64,000 nt of DNA from Escherichia coli (GCF_044647545.1 NZ_CP172818.1); one strand, 5' to 3'. Positions 48,230-60,513 are shown, counted from the stretch's first letter. The notes: a model not told the origin generated them from the letters alone. Numbers and translations: made by a program.

Positions 48230-50209
48230 TCAGTGAGATTTGACTGATTTTACCCCCAGCCAGTCAATAATCCCCTGTGCCGCATGACGTCCTTCTGCCA
48301 TTGCGGTAACCACCAGATCCGCACCACGCACGGCGTCACCACCGGCGAAGATTTTCGGATTGGTGGTCTGGTAACGGTACTGGCTTTCCACATCCGCGAT
48401 GATGCGGCCCCATTTGTCTACCGTTACACCGTGCGACTCCAGCCACGGCATCCCGTGTGGATTGAAGCCAAACGCCATAATCACCGCGTCGGCTGGCATG
48501 ACAAATTCACTGCCTTCCACCGGCACTGGACGCCGACGCCCCTGGGCATCCGGCTCGCCAAGACTCGTACGCAGGAAACGAATTCCGCAAACGTGACCTT
48601 GTTCATTCAGCTCAAGCGCCACCGGCTGGACGTTAAATTCGAAGTTGGCCCCCTCTTCGCGGGCGTTCTTCACCTCTTTCTTCGAGCCTGGCATGTTAGC
48701 TTCATCACGACGATAAGCGCAGGTGACGTTACTCGCGCCGTGGCGCAGCGCGGTACGCACACAGTCCATCGCGGTGTCGCCGCCGCCCAGTACCACGACG
48801 TTGAGTCCGGCGGTATTGATAAACGGCTCTTCCGGTAGCTCTTCGAGTCCCATCACCTGTTTAGTGTTGGCGATGAGGAACGGCAGGGCGTCATAAACGC
48901 CCGGCGCATCTTCATTGGGTAAACCCGCTTTCATGGAACGGTAAGTGCCTACGCCAACGAAGACCGCGTCGTATTGTTCCAAAAGCGAATCCAAAGAGAC
49001 ATCTTTACCCACTTCACAATTGAGTTCGAAGTGAATCCCCATCGCGCTGAAGATTTCCCGACGGCGTGCCAGCAGGGATTTATCCAGTTTGAAAGAAGGA
49101 ATGCCGAAAGTGAGCAAGCCACCGATTTCTGGATGGCGATCGTACACCGTCACCTCTACGCCATTGCGGGTCAGAACATCCGCACAGGCCAGCCCTGCCG
49201 GACCCGCACCGATAATCGCCACTCGCTTGTCCACTTTGGTGACATGACTTAAGTCAGAACGCCAACCTTTCGCCAACGCCTGATCTGAAATGTAGCGTTC
49301 AATGTTGCCGATAGTTACTGCGCCGTGCTCATCGCGAATAGTACAGGCACCTTCACACAAACGGTCTTGCGGGCAAACGCGTCCGGTAATTTCCGGCAGG
49401 GTGTTGGTCTGGTGAGAAAGCTCGACGGCGGCGTCGATGTTTCCGGCTTTCACCAGTTCAATCCACTGCGGTATATGGTTATGCAGCGGGCAGGTCCATT
49501 CACAAACGCTGTGCTCGCCGCACTTAAGGCAGCGCGAGGCTTCCCGTTGTGCCTGATCGGCACGGAATGGCAGATAAATTTCATCAAAACCGGTTTTGCG
49601 CGCTTCAATCGCCAGTTTGTCCGGCTCGCCACGCGCGGGCGTTGCCTGCATTTGCTCGACTTTACTCATTACCGGCATTTCTTGTGCCGCGGTACTGGCA
49701 TGCCACGGTTGATGTTCCTGACGTGCTGTGCGCAAGCGGCGGGATTTCGCTATGCCGGAGAGTGCGGCATCAGTGACCAGTTGCAGCGCGTCTGCCGGGC
49801 AATTCTCGACACAGGCAGGACCGTTTTCGCGCCCTGCACAAAGGTCGCATTTATGCGCCGTGGCTTTAACTTTGCCAGCCGCAACGGGTGTCAGGACGAT
49901 TTGCATCGTACCAAATGGACAGGCCACCACGCAGGATTTACAGCCAATACACTTTTGCTGATTGACCTGAATGCTGTCATCAACGTGGCTGATTGCGCCA
50001 TTAGGGCAGCTACGGGCGCAGGGCGCATCTTCACAATGGTGACAGGTCACTGCACTACGTTGCTGCTGATGTTTGATAACCGTAATTCGGGGATGAAAAT
50101 GGCGTTGGCTCAGGACATGTTGCTCGTCATTGTGAGCCATGACACAGGCGATTTCACAAGCATGACAACCCAGACATTGCTGACTGTTGGCCATAATAAA
50201 ACGATTCAT
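48230..50209 (-). CDS. aegA: Fe-S/FAD oxidoreductase AegA (659 aa)
   Basis: MNRFIMANSQQCLGCHACEIACVMAHN...; multiple CxxCxxCxxxCP ferredoxin motifs and a glutamate-synthase-beta-like FAD/NAD domain. Confidence 0.93.
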   Translation of the reverse strand: MNRFIMANSQQCLGCHACEIACVMAHNDEQHVLSQRHFHPRITVIKHQQQRSAVTCHHCEDAPCARSCPNGAISHVDDSIQVNQQKCIGCKSCVVACPFGTMQIVLTPVAAGKVKATAHKCDLCAGRENGPACVENCPADALQLVTDAALSGIAKSRRLRTARQEHQPWHASTAAQEMPVMSKVEQMQATPARGEPDKLAIEARKTGFDEIYLPFRADQAQREASRCLKCGEHSVCEWTCPLHNHIPQWIELVKAGNIDAAVELSHQTNTLPEITGRVCPQDRLCEGACTIRDEHGAVTIGNIERYISDQALAKGWRSDLSHVTKVDKRVAIIGAGPAGLACADVLTRNGVEVTVYDRHPEIGGLLTFGIPSFKLDKSLLARRREIFSAMGIHFELNCEVGKDVSLDSLLEQYDAVFVGVGTYRSMKAGLPNEDAPGVYDALPFLIANTKQVMGLEELPEEPFINTAGLNVVVLGGGDTAMDCVRTALRHGASNVTCAYRRDEANMPGSKKEVKNAREEGANFEFNVQPVALELNEQGHVCGIRFLRTSLGEPDAQGRRRPVPVEGSEFVMPADAVIMAFGFNPHGMPWLESHGVTVDKWGRIIADVESQYRYQTTNPKIFAGGDAVRGADLVVTAMAEGRHAAQGIIDWLGVKSVKSH

Positions 50210-50414
50210 AACGACCTTCTTTTTTGGTTGTAAAAACCTTATTCTTTATATGAGTGTTGTTATTACCCGACTTACAGGGGAATCGGCAATGTTCATGTGC
50301 CCAGAATAAGTAACTATTTCGCTATAAACTGTGGCAGATCAAATAATCCCATCACTGACTAAATTGCGTTTCAGCGAACTGGAACATTAATGATTTTTTG
50401 TGGAGAAGACGCGT

Positions 50415-52115
50415 GTGATTGTTAAACGACCCGTCTCGGCCAGTCTGGCCCGGGCCTTTTTTTACATTGTGCTGCTGTCGATTCTTTCCACGGGTATCGC
50501 TCTGCTAACGCTGGCGAGCAGTTTACGCGACGCTGAGGCTATCAATATTGCCGGATCGCTGCGTATGCAGAGTTACCGCCTGGGCTACGACTTGCAAAGT
50601 GGCAGTCCACAACTCAATGCACATCGCCAGTTATTTCAGCAGGCACTGCATTCACCGGTATTAACCAATCTCAACGTCTGGTATGTGCCAGAGGCAGTAA
50701 AAACCCGCTATGCGCATCTGAATGCCAACTGGCTGGAGATGAATAATCGGCTCAGCAAGGGCGACTTGCCGTGGTATCAGGCCAATATTAATAATTATGT
50801 TAATCAGATAGACCTGTTCGTGCTGGCTTTACAGCACTACGCTGAACGCAAAATGCTGCTGGTGGTGGCAATTTCCCTGGCTGGCGGCATCGGTATTTTC
50901 ACGCTGGTCTTTTTTACTTTGCGCCGCATACGCCATCAGGTGGTTGCCCCGCTGAATCAGCTGGTTACCGCCAGTCAGCGTATTGAACACGGGCAGTTCG
51001 ACTCGCCACCGCTGGATACCAGCCTGCCGAATGAGCTTGGCCTGCTTGCAAAAACCTTTAACCAGATGTCGAGCGAGCTACATAAATTGTACCGTTCGCT
51101 GGAGGCGTCAGTAGAAGAAAAGACCCGCGATCTCCACGAGGCCAAGCGTCGTCTGGAGGTGTTGTATCAGTGTTCGCAGGCGCTGAACACCAGCCAGATT
51201 GATGTGCATTGTTTCCGCCATATTTTGCAGATTGTTCGCGACAATGAAGCGGCTGAATATCTGGAGTTAAATGTCGGTGACAACTGGCGGATTAGCGAAG
51301 GGCAGCCAAACCCGGAATTGCCGATGCAGATTTTACCGGTGACAATGCAAGAGACGGTTTACGGCGAACTGCACTGGCAAAATAGTCACGTTTCATCATC
51401 AGAACCGCTGCTTAACAGCGTTTCGTCGATGCTGGGACGCGGTTTGTACTTTAATCAGGCGCAGAAGCATTTTCAGCAGTTATTGTTGATGGAAGAACGT
51501 GCGACCATCGCCCGCGAATTGCACGACTCGCTGGCTCAGGTACTTTCTTACTTACGTATCCAGTTGACGTTACTGAAGCGTTCGATACCGGAAGATAACG
51601 CCACCGCACAAAGTATCATGGCCGATTTTTCCCAGGCGTTGAATGATGCTTATCGGCAGTTACGCGAGCTGTTGACTACTTTCCGCCTGACGCTACAGCA
51701 GGCGGATCTCCCCTCCGCGTTGAGGGAAATGCTGGATACGTTACAAAATCAAACCAGCGCCAAACTGACCCTCGACTGCCGTCTGCCAACCCTGGCGCTG
51801 GATGCGCAAATGCAGGTGCATTTGTTGCAAATTATTCGCGAAGCGGTGCTGAATGCGATGAAGCACGCCAACGCCAGCGAAATCGCCGTTAGCTGCGTCA
51901 CAGCGCCGGATGGCAATCACACAGTCTATATTCGCGACAACGGGATTGGCATCGGTGAACCGAAAGAACCCGAAGGCCATTATGGTCTGAATATCATGCG
52001 CGAACGCGCGGAAAGATTGGGTGGGACGCTGACTTTTTCGCAACCTTCCGGCGGCGGCACGTTAGTGAGTATTAGCTTTCGCTCTGCGGAGGGTGAGGAA
52101 AGTCAGCTGATGTAA
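50415..52115 (+). CDS. narQ: nitrate/nitrite sensor histidine kinase NarQ (566 aa), GTG start
   Basis: ORF track 50400..52115; start taken at the second in-frame GTG (50415) giving (M)IVKRPVSASLARAFFYIVLLS...; HAMP and HisKA_3 (H-box ...ARELHDSLAQ...) present. Confidence 0.93.
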   Translation: MIVKRPVSASLARAFFYIVLLSILSTGIALLTLASSLRDAEAINIAGSLRMQSYRLGYDLQSGSPQLNAHRQLFQQALHSPVLTNLNVWYVPEAVKTRYAHLNANWLEMNNRLSKGDLPWYQANINNYVNQIDLFVLALQHYAERKMLLVVAISLAGGIGIFTLVFFTLRRIRHQVVAPLNQLVTASQRIEHGQFDSPPLDTSLPNELGLLAKTFNQMSSELHKLYRSLEASVEEKTRDLHEAKRRLEVLYQCSQALNTSQIDVHCFRHILQIVRDNEAAEYLELNVGDNWRISEGQPNPELPMQILPVTMQETVYGELHWQNSHVSSSEPLLNSVSSMLGRGLYFNQAQKHFQQLLLMEERATIARELHDSLAQVLSYLRIQLTLLKRSIPEDNATAQSIMADFSQALNDAYRQLRELLTTFRLTLQQADLPSALREMLDTLQNQTSAKLTLDCRLPTLALDAQMQVHLLQIIREAVLNAMKHANASEIAVSCVTAPDGNHTVYIRDNGIGIGEPKEPEGHYGLNIMRERAERLGGTLTFSQPSGGGTLVSISFRSAEGEESQLM

Positions 52116-52278
52116 TGCCTCTTATTGACCAAAGAATAGTGGCACTTAAGGTTCAGTATAAAAGGGCATGATAATTTACATTAACTCCTTTTTTTCTCCA
52201 CGATTGGCTCGTACCTTGCCGCTACAGTGAAGCAAGTCAAGCCTACAACGATACGCAGAAACACGAGGTCCTCTTTTA

Positions 52279-55200
52279 ATGGCGAATTTCTTTATTGATC
52301 GCCCCATTTTTGCCTGGGTGCTGGCAATCCTGTTGTGTCTGACAGGGACCCTGGCGATTTTTTCATTGCCCGTTGAACAATACCCCGATCTCGCGCCACC
52401 GAATGTGCGAGTGACCGCTAACTATCCCGGCGCATCGGCCCAGACGCTGGAAAACACCGTGACCCAGGTTATCGAGCAAAATATGACCGGCCTCGATAAT
52501 CTGATGTATATGTCATCTCAGAGCAGCGGCACCGGTCAGGCATCTGTCACGTTAAGTTTTAAAGCAGGCACCGATCCGGACGAAGCCGTGCAGCAAGTAC
52601 AAAACCAGCTACAATCAGCCATGCGAAAGTTACCGCAGGCGGTGCAAAATCAGGGCGTGACGGTGCGTAAAACCGGCGATACCAACATTCTGACCATTGC
52701 CTTCGTCTCTACCGATGGTTCGATGGATAAACAGGATATTGCCGATTACGTTGCCAGTAATATTCAGGATCCGTTAAGCCGCGTGAATGGCGTCGGGGAT
52801 ATCGATGCCTATGGTTCGCAATATTCCATGCGTATCTGGCTGGACCCGGCGAAACTCAACAGTTTCCAGATGACGGCTAAAGATGTCACTGATGCCATTG
52901 AGTCACAGAACGCGCAGATTGCGGTTGGGCAACTTGGTGGTACGCCTTCCGTCGATAAGCAGGCGCTCAACGCCACCATTAACGCCCAGTCACTGCTGCA
53001 AACACCAGAACAGTTCCGCGATATCACCTTGCGGGTGAATCAGGACGGCTCAGAGGTAAGGCTGGGCGATGTCGCCACCGTCGAAATGGGGGCGGAAAAA
53101 TACGATTATCTTAGCCGCTTCAATGGTAAGCCAGCCTCCGGGCTGGGGGTAAAACTGGCCTCCGGCGCGAACGAAATGGCGACAGCGGAGCTGGTGCTCA
53201 ATCGTCTCGACGAGCTGGCGCAGTATTTCCCGCACGGACTGGAATACAAGGTGGCGTATGAAACCACCTCGTTTGTTAAAGCCTCCATTGAAGACGTGGT
53301 GAAAACGCTGCTGGAAGCTATCGCTCTGGTTTTCCTCGTTATGTATCTGTTCCTGCAAAACTTCCGCGCCACGCTGATACCCACTATCGCCGTGCCGGTG
53401 GTGTTGATGGGAACCTTCTCCGTACTTTATGCCTTCGGTTACAGCGTCAACACCTTAACCATGTTCGCGATGGTGCTGGCGATCGGTCTGCTGGTGGATG
53501 ATGCCATCGTGGTGGTGGAAAACGTCGAACGTATTATGAGTGAGGAAGGACTCACTCCTCGCGAAGCCACACGTAAATCGATGGGGCAGATCCAGGGGGC
53601 ACTGGTCGGGATTGCGATGGTGCTTTCGGCGGTATTTGTACCAATGGCCTTCTTCGGCGGCACCACCGGTGCCATCTATCGCCAGTTCTCTATTACCATT
53701 GTTGCAGCAATGGTGCTGTCAGTACTGGTAGCGATGATCCTCACTCCGGCTCTGTGTGCCACGCTACTTAAGCCACTGAAAAAAGGTGAGCATCACGGGC
53801 AAAAAGGCTTTTTTGCCTGGTTTAACCAGATGTTTAACCGCAACGCCGAACGCTACGAAAAAGGGGTGGCGAAAATTCTCCACCGTAGCCTGCGCTGGAT
53901 TGTGATTTATGTCCTGCTGCTTGGCGGCATGGTGTTCCTGTTCCTGCGTTTGCCGACGTCGTTCTTGCCACTTGAAGACCGTGGCATGTTTACTACCTCG
54001 GTACAGTTGCCCAGCGGTTCAACCCAACAACAGACCCTGAAAGTCGTTGAGCAAATCGAGAAATACTACTTCACCCATGAAAAAGACAACATCATGTCGG
54101 TGTTTGCCACTGTTGGTTCTGGCCCTGGGGGTAACGGGCAAAACGTGGCGAGAATGTTTATCCGCCTGAAAGACTGGAGCGAACGCGACAGTAAGACCGG
54201 CACCTCGTTTGCCATTATCGAGCGTGCAACGAAGGCGTTTAACAAGATTAAAGAAGCTCGCGTTATCGCCAGCAGCCCGCCAGCAATTAGCGGTCTTGGT
54301 AGTTCTGCGGGTTTTGATATGGAGTTGCAGGACCACGCTGGAGCGGGTCACGATGCGCTGATGGCAGCACGAAACCAGTTGCTGGCGCTGGCAGCGGAAA
54401 ACCCGGAGCTAACCCGTGTGCGCCATAACGGCCTCGACGACAGTCCGCAGTTGCAGATTGATATCGACCAGCGTAAAGCTCAGGCGCTGGGCGTTGCTAT
54501 CGACGATATTAACGACACACTGCAAACCGCCTGGGGTTCGAGCTATGTGAATGACTTTATGGATCGCGGTCGCGTGAAGAAAGTCTATGTGCAGGCAGCT
54601 GCGCCGTATCGCATGCTGCCAGATGACATCAATCTCTGGTATGTCCGAAATAAAGATGGCGGCATGGTGCCCTTCTCTGCTTTCGCGACCTCACGCTGGG
54701 AGACAGGCTCGCCGCGTCTGGAACGCTATAACGGTTATTCTGCGGTAGAGATTGTAGGGGAAGCCGCACCGGGGGTCAGTACCGGTACGGCGATGGATAT
54801 TATGGAATCGTTAGTGAAGCAGTTACCAAACGGCTTTGGTCTGGAGTGGACGGCGATGTCGTATCAGGAGCGGCTTTCCGGCGCGCAGGCTCCGGCGCTG
54901 TACGCTATTTCCTTGCTGGTGGTATTCCTGTGTCTTGCGGCGTTGTATGAAAGCTGGTCGGTGCCGTTCTCGGTAATGCTGGTCGTGCCGCTGGGGGTTA
55001 TCGGCGCGCTGCTGGCAACCTGGATGCGCGGGCTGGAAAACGACGTTTACTTCCAGGTGGGCCTGTTAACGGTCATTGGTTTATCGGCGAAAAACGCCAT
55101 CCTGATCGTCGAGTTTGCTAACGAGATGAACCAAAAAGGCCACGACCTGTTTGAAGCGACGCTCCACGCCTGCCGTCAGCGTTTACGCCCGATTCTGATG

Positions 55201-55392
55201 ACTTCGCTGGCATTTATCTTCGGCGTATTGCCAATGGCAACCAGCACGGGTGCCGGTTCCGGTGGTCAGCATGCGGTGGGTACTGGCGTAATGGGCGGGA
55301 TGATTTCGGCCACTATTCTGGCTATTTACTTCGTGCCGCTGTTCTTTGTGCTGGTGCGCCGCCGCTTCCCGCTGAAGCCGCGCCCGGAATAA
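52279..55392 (+). CDS. acrD: RND aminoglycoside/multidrug efflux pump AcrD (1037 aa)
   Basis: [67 protein letters not shown]...; AcrB-family architecture. Confidence 0.97.
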   Translation: MANFFIDRPIFAWVLAILLCLTGTLAIFSLPVEQYPDLAPPNVRVTANYPGASAQTLENTVTQVIEQNMTGLDNLMYMSSQSSGTGQASVTLSFKAGTDPDEAVQQVQNQLQSAMRKLPQAVQNQGVTVRKTGDTNILTIAFVSTDGSMDKQDIADYVASNIQDPLSRVNGVGDIDAYGSQYSMRIWLDPAKLNSFQMTAKDVTDAIESQNAQIAVGQLGGTPSVDKQALNATINAQSLLQTPEQFRDITLRVNQDGSEVRLGDVATVEMGAEKYDYLSRFNGKPASGLGVKLASGANEMATAELVLNRLDELAQYFPHGLEYKVAYETTSFVKASIEDVVKTLLEAIALVFLVMYLFLQNFRATLIPTIAVPVVLMGTFSVLYAFGYSVNTLTMFAMVLAIGLLVDDAIVVVENVERIMSEEGLTPREATRKSMGQIQGALVGIAMVLSAVFVPMAFFGGTTGAIYRQFSITIVAAMVLSVLVAMILTPALCATLLKPLKKGEHHGQKGFFAWFNQMFNRNAERYEKGVAKILHRSLRWIVIYVLLLGGMVFLFLRLPTSFLPLEDRGMFTTSVQLPSGSTQQQTLKVVEQIEKYYFTHEKDNIMSVFATVGSGPGGNGQNVARMFIRLKDWSERDSKTGTSFAIIERATKAFNKIKEARVIASSPPAISGLGSSAGFDMELQDHAGAGHDALMAARNQLLALAAENPELTRVRHNGLDDSPQLQIDIDQRKAQALGVAIDDINDTLQTAWGSSYVNDFMDRGRVKKVYVQAAAPYRMLPDDINLWYVRNKDGGMVPFSAFATSRWETGSPRLERYNGYSAVEIVGEAAPGVSTGTAMDIMESLVKQLPNGFGLEWTAMSYQERLSGAQAPALYAISLLVVFLCLAALYESWSVPFSVMLVVPLGVIGALLATWMRGLENDVYFQVGLLTVIGLSAKNAILIVEFANEMNQKGHDLFEATLHACRQRLRPILMTSLAFIFGVLPMATSTGAGSGGQHAVGTGVMGGMISATILAIYFVPLFFVLVRRRFPLKPRPE

Positions 55393-55397
55393 GCAAT

Positions 55398-55430
55398 AAA
55401 AAAGGCGACATGCTAATGTGTCGCCTTTTT
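55398..55430. terminator. bidirectional intrinsic terminator downstream of acrD (and ypfM)
   Basis: aaaaaaggcgaca-tgctaatg-tgtcgccttttt: 7-bp GC stem with an A-run 5' and T5 3'. Confidence 0.65.
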
Positions 55431-55490
55431 CAACTTTCCGATTAAGAACCTGCTCAGCGGGTTCTTGCTGTTTGTACTTTGTCTCAGGAA

Positions 55491-55550
55491 TTACTTACGA
55501 AGCATAACTTCGATAAAGTCTTTCCAGTTCCCCAGTTCACGTTCAATCAT
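55491..55550 (-). CDS. ypfM: small protein YpfM (19 aa)
   Basis: Hand translation of the - strand: ATG ATT GAA CGT GAA CTG GGG AAC TGG AAA GAC TTT ATC GAA GTT ATG CTT CGT AAG TAA = MIERELGNWKDFIEVMLRK, matching the K-12 small protein as I recall it. Below the ORF-track length cutoff. Confidence 0.6.
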   Translation of the reverse strand: MIERELGNWKDFIEVMLRK

Positions 55551-55912
55551 AACAACCTCTCTTATAATTATGGGTATTCTACGGAAACAATATACCGTGG
55601 TGAAGCTAATTTACTCGATTGCTGCGATGACTACCTCCGGGGGACAAACCTTATGTAAATACTATGGTCCTGCGGTGATAATTTGTATGTGATACACAGC
55701 AACATTTCGAGATATTCATACGGCATCTAATACTGATTTAATTCTGGTTAAAATACAGACAGATAACAAGATGAATATTCTTAATGTTTACGTTAAAAAT
55801 GTTTAATGTTATTTAATAGTTGTTAATTTGAATACTTCGATAATGTTATATTTCCTGATAATCATTTGCAGGCAAAATGTTTTCACCCTTAAATGAGTAT
55901 TTATTCTCATAA

Positions 55913-56287
<375 letters not shown>

Positions 56288-56290
56288 TCT

Positions 56291-57418
56291 ATGTCGTGCC
56301 CGGTTATTGAGCTGACACAACAGCTTATTCGCCGCCCTTCCCTGAGTCCTGATGACGCAGGATGCCAGGCTTTGTTGATTGAACGTTTGCAGGCGATCGG
56401 TTTTACCGTTGAACGCATGGACTTTGCCGATACGCAGAATTTTTGGGCATGGCGTGGGCAGGGTGAAACGTTAGCCTTTGCCGGGCATACCGACGTGGTG
56501 CCGCCTGGCGACGCCGACCGTTGGATCAATCCGCCGTTTGAACCCACCATTCGTGACGGCATGTTATTCGGGCGCGGTGCGGCAGATATGAAAGGCTCGC
56601 TGGCAGCGATGGTGGTAGCGGCAGAACGCTTTGTCGCACAACATCCCAACCATGCAGGTCGACTGGCATTTCTGATCACCTCTGATGAAGAAGCCAGTGC
56701 CCACAACGGTACGGTAAAAGTCGTCGAGGCGTTAATGGCACGTAATGAGCGTCTCGATTACTGCCTGGTCGGCGAACCGTCGAGTATCGAAGTGGTAGGT
56801 GATGTGGTGAAAAATGGTCGTCGCGGATCGTTAACCTGCAACCTCACCATTCATGGCGTGCAGGGGCATGTTGCCTACCCACATCTGGCTGACAATCCGG
56901 TACATCGCGCAGCACCTTTCCTTAATGAATTAGTGGCTATTGAGTGGGATCAGGGCAATGAATTCTTCCCGGCGACCAGTATGCAGATTGCCAATATTCA
57001 GGCGGGAACGGGCAGTAACAACGTTATTCCGGGTGAACTGTTTGTGCAGTTTAACTTCCGCTTCAGCACCGAACTGACTGATGAGATGATCAAAGCGCAG
57101 GTGCTTGCCCTGCTTGAAAAACATCAACTGCGCTATACGGTGGATTGGTGGCTTTCCGGGCAGCCATTTTTGACCGCACGCGGTAAACTGGTGGATGCGG
57201 TCGTTAACGCGGTTGAGCACTATAATGAAATTAAACCGCAGCTACTGACCACAGGCGGAACGTCCGACGGGCGCTTTATTGCCCGCATGGGGGCGCAGGT
57301 GGTGGAACTCGGGCCGGTCAATGCCACTATTCATAAAATTAATGAATGTGTGAACGCTGCCGACCTGCAGCTACTTGCCCGTATGTATCAACGTATCATG
57401 GAACAGCTCGTCGCGTGA
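56291..57418 (+). CDS. dapE: succinyl-diaminopimelate desuccinylase DapE (375 aa)
   Basis: [56 protein letters not shown]...; M20 peptidase fold. Confidence 0.97.
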   Translation: MSCPVIELTQQLIRRPSLSPDDAGCQALLIERLQAIGFTVERMDFADTQNFWAWRGQGETLAFAGHTDVVPPGDADRWINPPFEPTIRDGMLFGRGAADMKGSLAAMVVAAERFVAQHPNHAGRLAFLITSDEEASAHNGTVKVVEALMARNERLDYCLVGEPSSIEVVGDVVKNGRRGSLTCNLTIHGVQGHVAYPHLADNPVHRAAPFLNELVAIEWDQGNEFFPATSMQIANIQAGTGSNNVIPGELFVQFNFRFSTELTDEMIKAQVLALLEKHQLRYTVDWWLSGQPFLTARGKLVDAVVNAVEHYNEIKPQLLTTGGTSDGRFIARMGAQVVELGPVNATIHKINECVNAADLQLLARMYQRIMEQLVA

Positions 57419-57445
57419 TGAGTGGTTCCGCAAGAGGAAATAAGC

Positions 57446-57646
57446 ATGGACTGGCTGGCTAAATATTGGTGGATTCTGGTGATTGTCTTTTTGGTAGGCG
57501 TCCTGCTGAACGTGATTAAAGATCTCAAGCGCGTCGACCATAAGAAATTTCTCGCCAACAAGCCGGAGCTTCCCCCGCATCGTGATTTCAACGATAAGTG
57601 GGACGATGACGACGACTGGCCGAAAAAGGATCAACCGAAGAAGTAA
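57446..57646 (+). CDS. ypfN: UPF0370 small membrane protein YpfN (66 aa)
   Basis: ORF track 57422..57646; start taken at [36 protein letters not shown]...; ATG at 57446-57448. Confidence 0.85.
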
Positions 57647-57653
57647 GCTAAGG

Positions 57654-57715
57654 GCCGGATAAGGCGTTAACGCCGCATCCGGCCATGATGCCTGATACAG
57701 TCTTATCAGACCTAC
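57654..57715. repeat. pair of REP elements
   Basis: gccggataaggcgttaacgccgcatccggc (57654-57683) and gcctgatacagtcttatcagacctac (57690-57715), between ypfN and ypfH. Confidence 0.7.
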
Positions 57716-57725
57716 CCGGCTATTA

Positions 57726-58424
57726 TTACATCATTTCAATCACATCATCATCGCCAGGCTTACCGCCGCTTAGCGCTTCGTCGAAATAATGTTTCGGAAT
57801 GGTATAACGCAAGTGATCCAGAGCAAATTGCATACTGCGATTGTCGATCGCATGGCCTAAATCCTCCACGATATCCAGCGTCACGTCACCACCGGCACTG
57901 ATTAACGCTTCCTGCGCCGCAACCGCATGCGCCAGATCGATAACCGGATCTTCACCGCCATGAATCAGGTGAATTGTCGTGGCTGTAGACGCGGTTTCCG
58001 GCAGGCTCGCATAGCGTCCGTTAAAGGCAATGACGCGTGAGGCAAGGCCCGGTTCGGCTTTAATGCTCTCCAGCGCCATAATCGCGCCTTGAGAGAAACC
58101 GATTAGCGCCGTGGCGTTAGCCCCTACTCCGCTCTGTTTCTGCCAGTAGCGCACCGTCTCAATAAACGTCGGCATGATGGCATCCACACGCGCCTGGCGA
58201 TTATCTTCCGTAATACCCTGCACCGAAAACCACTGACGCCCCGCCGGATTACCGCTCGGCTCCGCGCCTCCGACACTCACCACCAGCGCATCAGGAAATA
58301 GCGGCGCAAACCAGCTACCTATTTCCCCCATTGCCACCGGGTTATCCCCGACACCGTGGAAAAGCAGTAACAACTGTTGCGCAGGTTTATCCGGGCTTTG
58401 AACAACAAAATGGTCATGTTTCAT
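57726..58424 (-). CDS. ypfH: alpha/beta-hydrolase esterase YpfH (232 aa)
   Basis: ORF track 57726..58448; start taken at MKHDHFVVQSPDKPAQQLLLLFHGVGDNP...; GFSQG serine-hydrolase motif. Confidence 0.9.
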   Translation of the reverse strand: MKHDHFVVQSPDKPAQQLLLLFHGVGDNPVAMGEIGSWFAPLFPDALVVSVGGAEPSGNPAGRQWFSVQGITEDNRQARVDAIMPTFIETVRYWQKQSGVGANATALIGFSQGAIMALESIKAEPGLASRVIAFNGRYASLPETASTATTIHLIHGGEDPVIDLAHAVAAQEALISAGGDVTLDIVEDLGHAIDNRSMQFALDHLRYTIPKHYFDEALSGGKPGDDDVIEMM

Positions 58425-58497
58425 GGCGAACTCCTTAACTGATGTCATTAATTTTACGCCGCTGACTCACAATGACCATGGGAGAAAATTGAAGGAG

Positions 58498-60513
58498 TCA
58501 GTGAAAAAATTGCCATTGCGTTATGCGATCGCGCAAACGCTCAGTGCGAACATCATCAAGTGCGTATAGCGCCTGCGCGGCCTCTTCCCGCTGACGGACC
58601 AGTAACAGCTTACGGCCTGAAAGTTTAAGTGTGGTACATAACTGCGCGTCACTGGCGTTTTTCTGTAAACGTCCACGCAGCGCCGGTAATGCCATTTCGC
58701 TGGTTTGTAACAGACGCATTAAGCAACCTAACGACGTTAATAGCGGACGATGAGCGAAAGCAAAACCGGCCAGTTCAAGCCAGTCGTCGTCAGAAAGGAC
58801 GGCATCGTTTAGTGGATCAACAGGAAGCGTTTCGCCATTCCACTTTGCGAGAGCTTGCGCATCGCGACGTAAACGGTAATGCTCACCTTCAGCCAGTTGT
58901 TTACCCGCATCACTCATCGGTAACAGCGCCATCGCCGTATAGCAACCGCTGCTGGCTTCACGATGATTACCCATTCGCACCAGCACAAAACCGCAGCGTT
59001 GCCAGAAACGCCATAATTCCCCGGTGTAACCAAAACTCACCGAAAGATAGTCGAGGTCATGCGTATATTGCAAAGCACCAGCAATCAGTTGCTGACCTGT
59101 GCCTTCCCGCTGACGAGCCGGATGAACTGCTATCCGGCTAACCCGCCTTCCGCGCAATGTCGCCGCCAGTGGATTGCTGCCGTGCGCCGCCAGCGACTGG
59201 GCCACCAGATTACCCCGCGGGCGACGAAAACCTGCCCATACCGCCTGACTGAGTTCTTGAGATAATCCGCCCTCATCCACCAGCCACAGCGCCCCGGCAA
59301 TCGCGTTTTCGCCAGCCGCCTGTAAAAAATGTTGCCCTGGTGCATCCATCATGCGGCGTAAATCCAGCGGCGAAGTCCGGTAGTGCGCACCAGACAATAA
59401 TTGATAAACCTTTAACGGCGTTTGTGGCTCGCTTCGCCATAACGTCTGTTCAAATGCGGAAATGACGATATTGCCTTGTGGTGTGTGGGTGAAGTTTTCA
59501 TCGTCAAAAACCAGTGCCTCACTAACCATTTTTTCCAGCGGGCATCCCTGTGCCCAGCGGATCGGCTGTTGCAGTTCAAAACGGTGTAAATGCGGAAAGC
59601 GAGCGCAAAATTTCAGCAAAAAACCACGTCCCGTGCCTTCGTAGCCCTGCACCGTAGTGGTTAACAACGTTCGAGGAAAACGCGATACCAGTTGATGCAA
59701 CAACGGCGCAGGTATGGCTGCGGCTTCATCGACCACCAGCCAGTCGGCTTGCTCATCGCTGGCTATCAAGGCATCCGGTGCAATAAAGCGAAACTTCTCG
59801 CCCGCAAATTGTGCCAGTACATCCGTTGCCGCTTTTGCGGGCGCGGTGACAATCGCACTGCCCGCAATACGAGAAATAAGTTGCCCTGCCAACGCCGACT
59901 TACCGCGCCCACGCGCAGCAGTTACCGCTGCCACGCCCGGCGGCATGGTCAGTAGCTGCTGTAAGAGTTGCTGTTGTTCTGGTTGTGGTGCGCCGGTCGC
60001 GGGGTGCCAGTCAGTACGGGGAGTAAAATGCGCCAACGAGAACGGCTGGTTTTGCCGCCAGAGGATAGCGTCGTTATTCGCCGTAATTACGCGTTTGAAA
60101 TGCTGGACAAAATGCGGCGTCGCAATAGGGTCAGGGCAATCACTCCAGCGCAGCGAGTCGGCATCAGGTTGGTTATCCCACTCTTCCCATACAGGGAGTA
60201 ACAAAACCAGCCAGCTTCCCGCTTTCAACGTTCCGCTAAGTGCCGCAAAGGCAGCGGCATCAAAGCCGTGGCGGGCGTCGAATACCGCATGCCGGAACTC
60301 GCGCCCAAGTAAAGTTTGTAGCGCCGAGGGAAAACAGTGGTTTTCAGCGACTGGCTGCGGCGAAATCCACAGCCAGTCGCCAGGTAAGGCATCACGCAAC
60401 TTAAGCGCATGATCAAAACACCAACCCTCTTCCCCGCTCAACACCAGCAAGCGGCGGATCCCTTCACGTTTCATTTGCGCTGTTAATGTGTGAAGCGCAG
60501 TCAGTTCAGCCAT
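58498..60513 (-). CDS. tmcA: tRNA(Met) cytidine acetyltransferase TmcA (671 aa)
   Basis: MAELTALHTLTAQMKREGIRRLLVLSGEEGWCFDHALKLRDALPGDWLWISPQ...; helicase-like ATPase (GRGKSA Walker A) plus GNAT domain. Confidence 0.93.
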   Translation of the reverse strand: MAELTALHTLTAQMKREGIRRLLVLSGEEGWCFDHALKLRDALPGDWLWISPQPVAENHCFPSALQTLLGREFRHAVFDARHGFDAAAFAALSGTLKAGSWLVLLLPVWEEWDNQPDADSLRWSDCPDPIATPHFVQHFKRVITANNDAILWRQNQPFSLAHFTPRTDWHPATGAPQPEQQQLLQQLLTMPPGVAAVTAARGRGKSALAGQLISRIAGSAIVTAPAKAATDVLAQFAGEKFRFIAPDALIASDEQADWLVVDEAAAIPAPLLHQLVSRFPRTLLTTTVQGYEGTGRGFLLKFCARFPHLHRFELQQPIRWAQGCPLEKMVSEALVFDDENFTHTPQGNIVISAFEQTLWRSEPQTPLKVYQLLSGAHYRTSPLDLRRMMDAPGQHFLQAAGENAIAGALWLVDEGGLSQELSQAVWAGFRRPRGNLVAQSLAAHGSNPLAATLRGRRVSRIAVHPARQREGTGQQLIAGALQYTHDLDYLSVSFGYTGELWRFWQRCGFVLVRMGNHREASSGCYTAMALLPMSDAGKQLAEGEHYRLRRDAQALAKWNGETLPVDPLNDAVLSDDDWLELAGFAFAHRPLLTSLGCLMRLLQTSEMALPALRGRLQKNASDAQLCTTLKLSGRKLLLVRQREEAAQALYALDDVRTERLRDRITQWQFFH

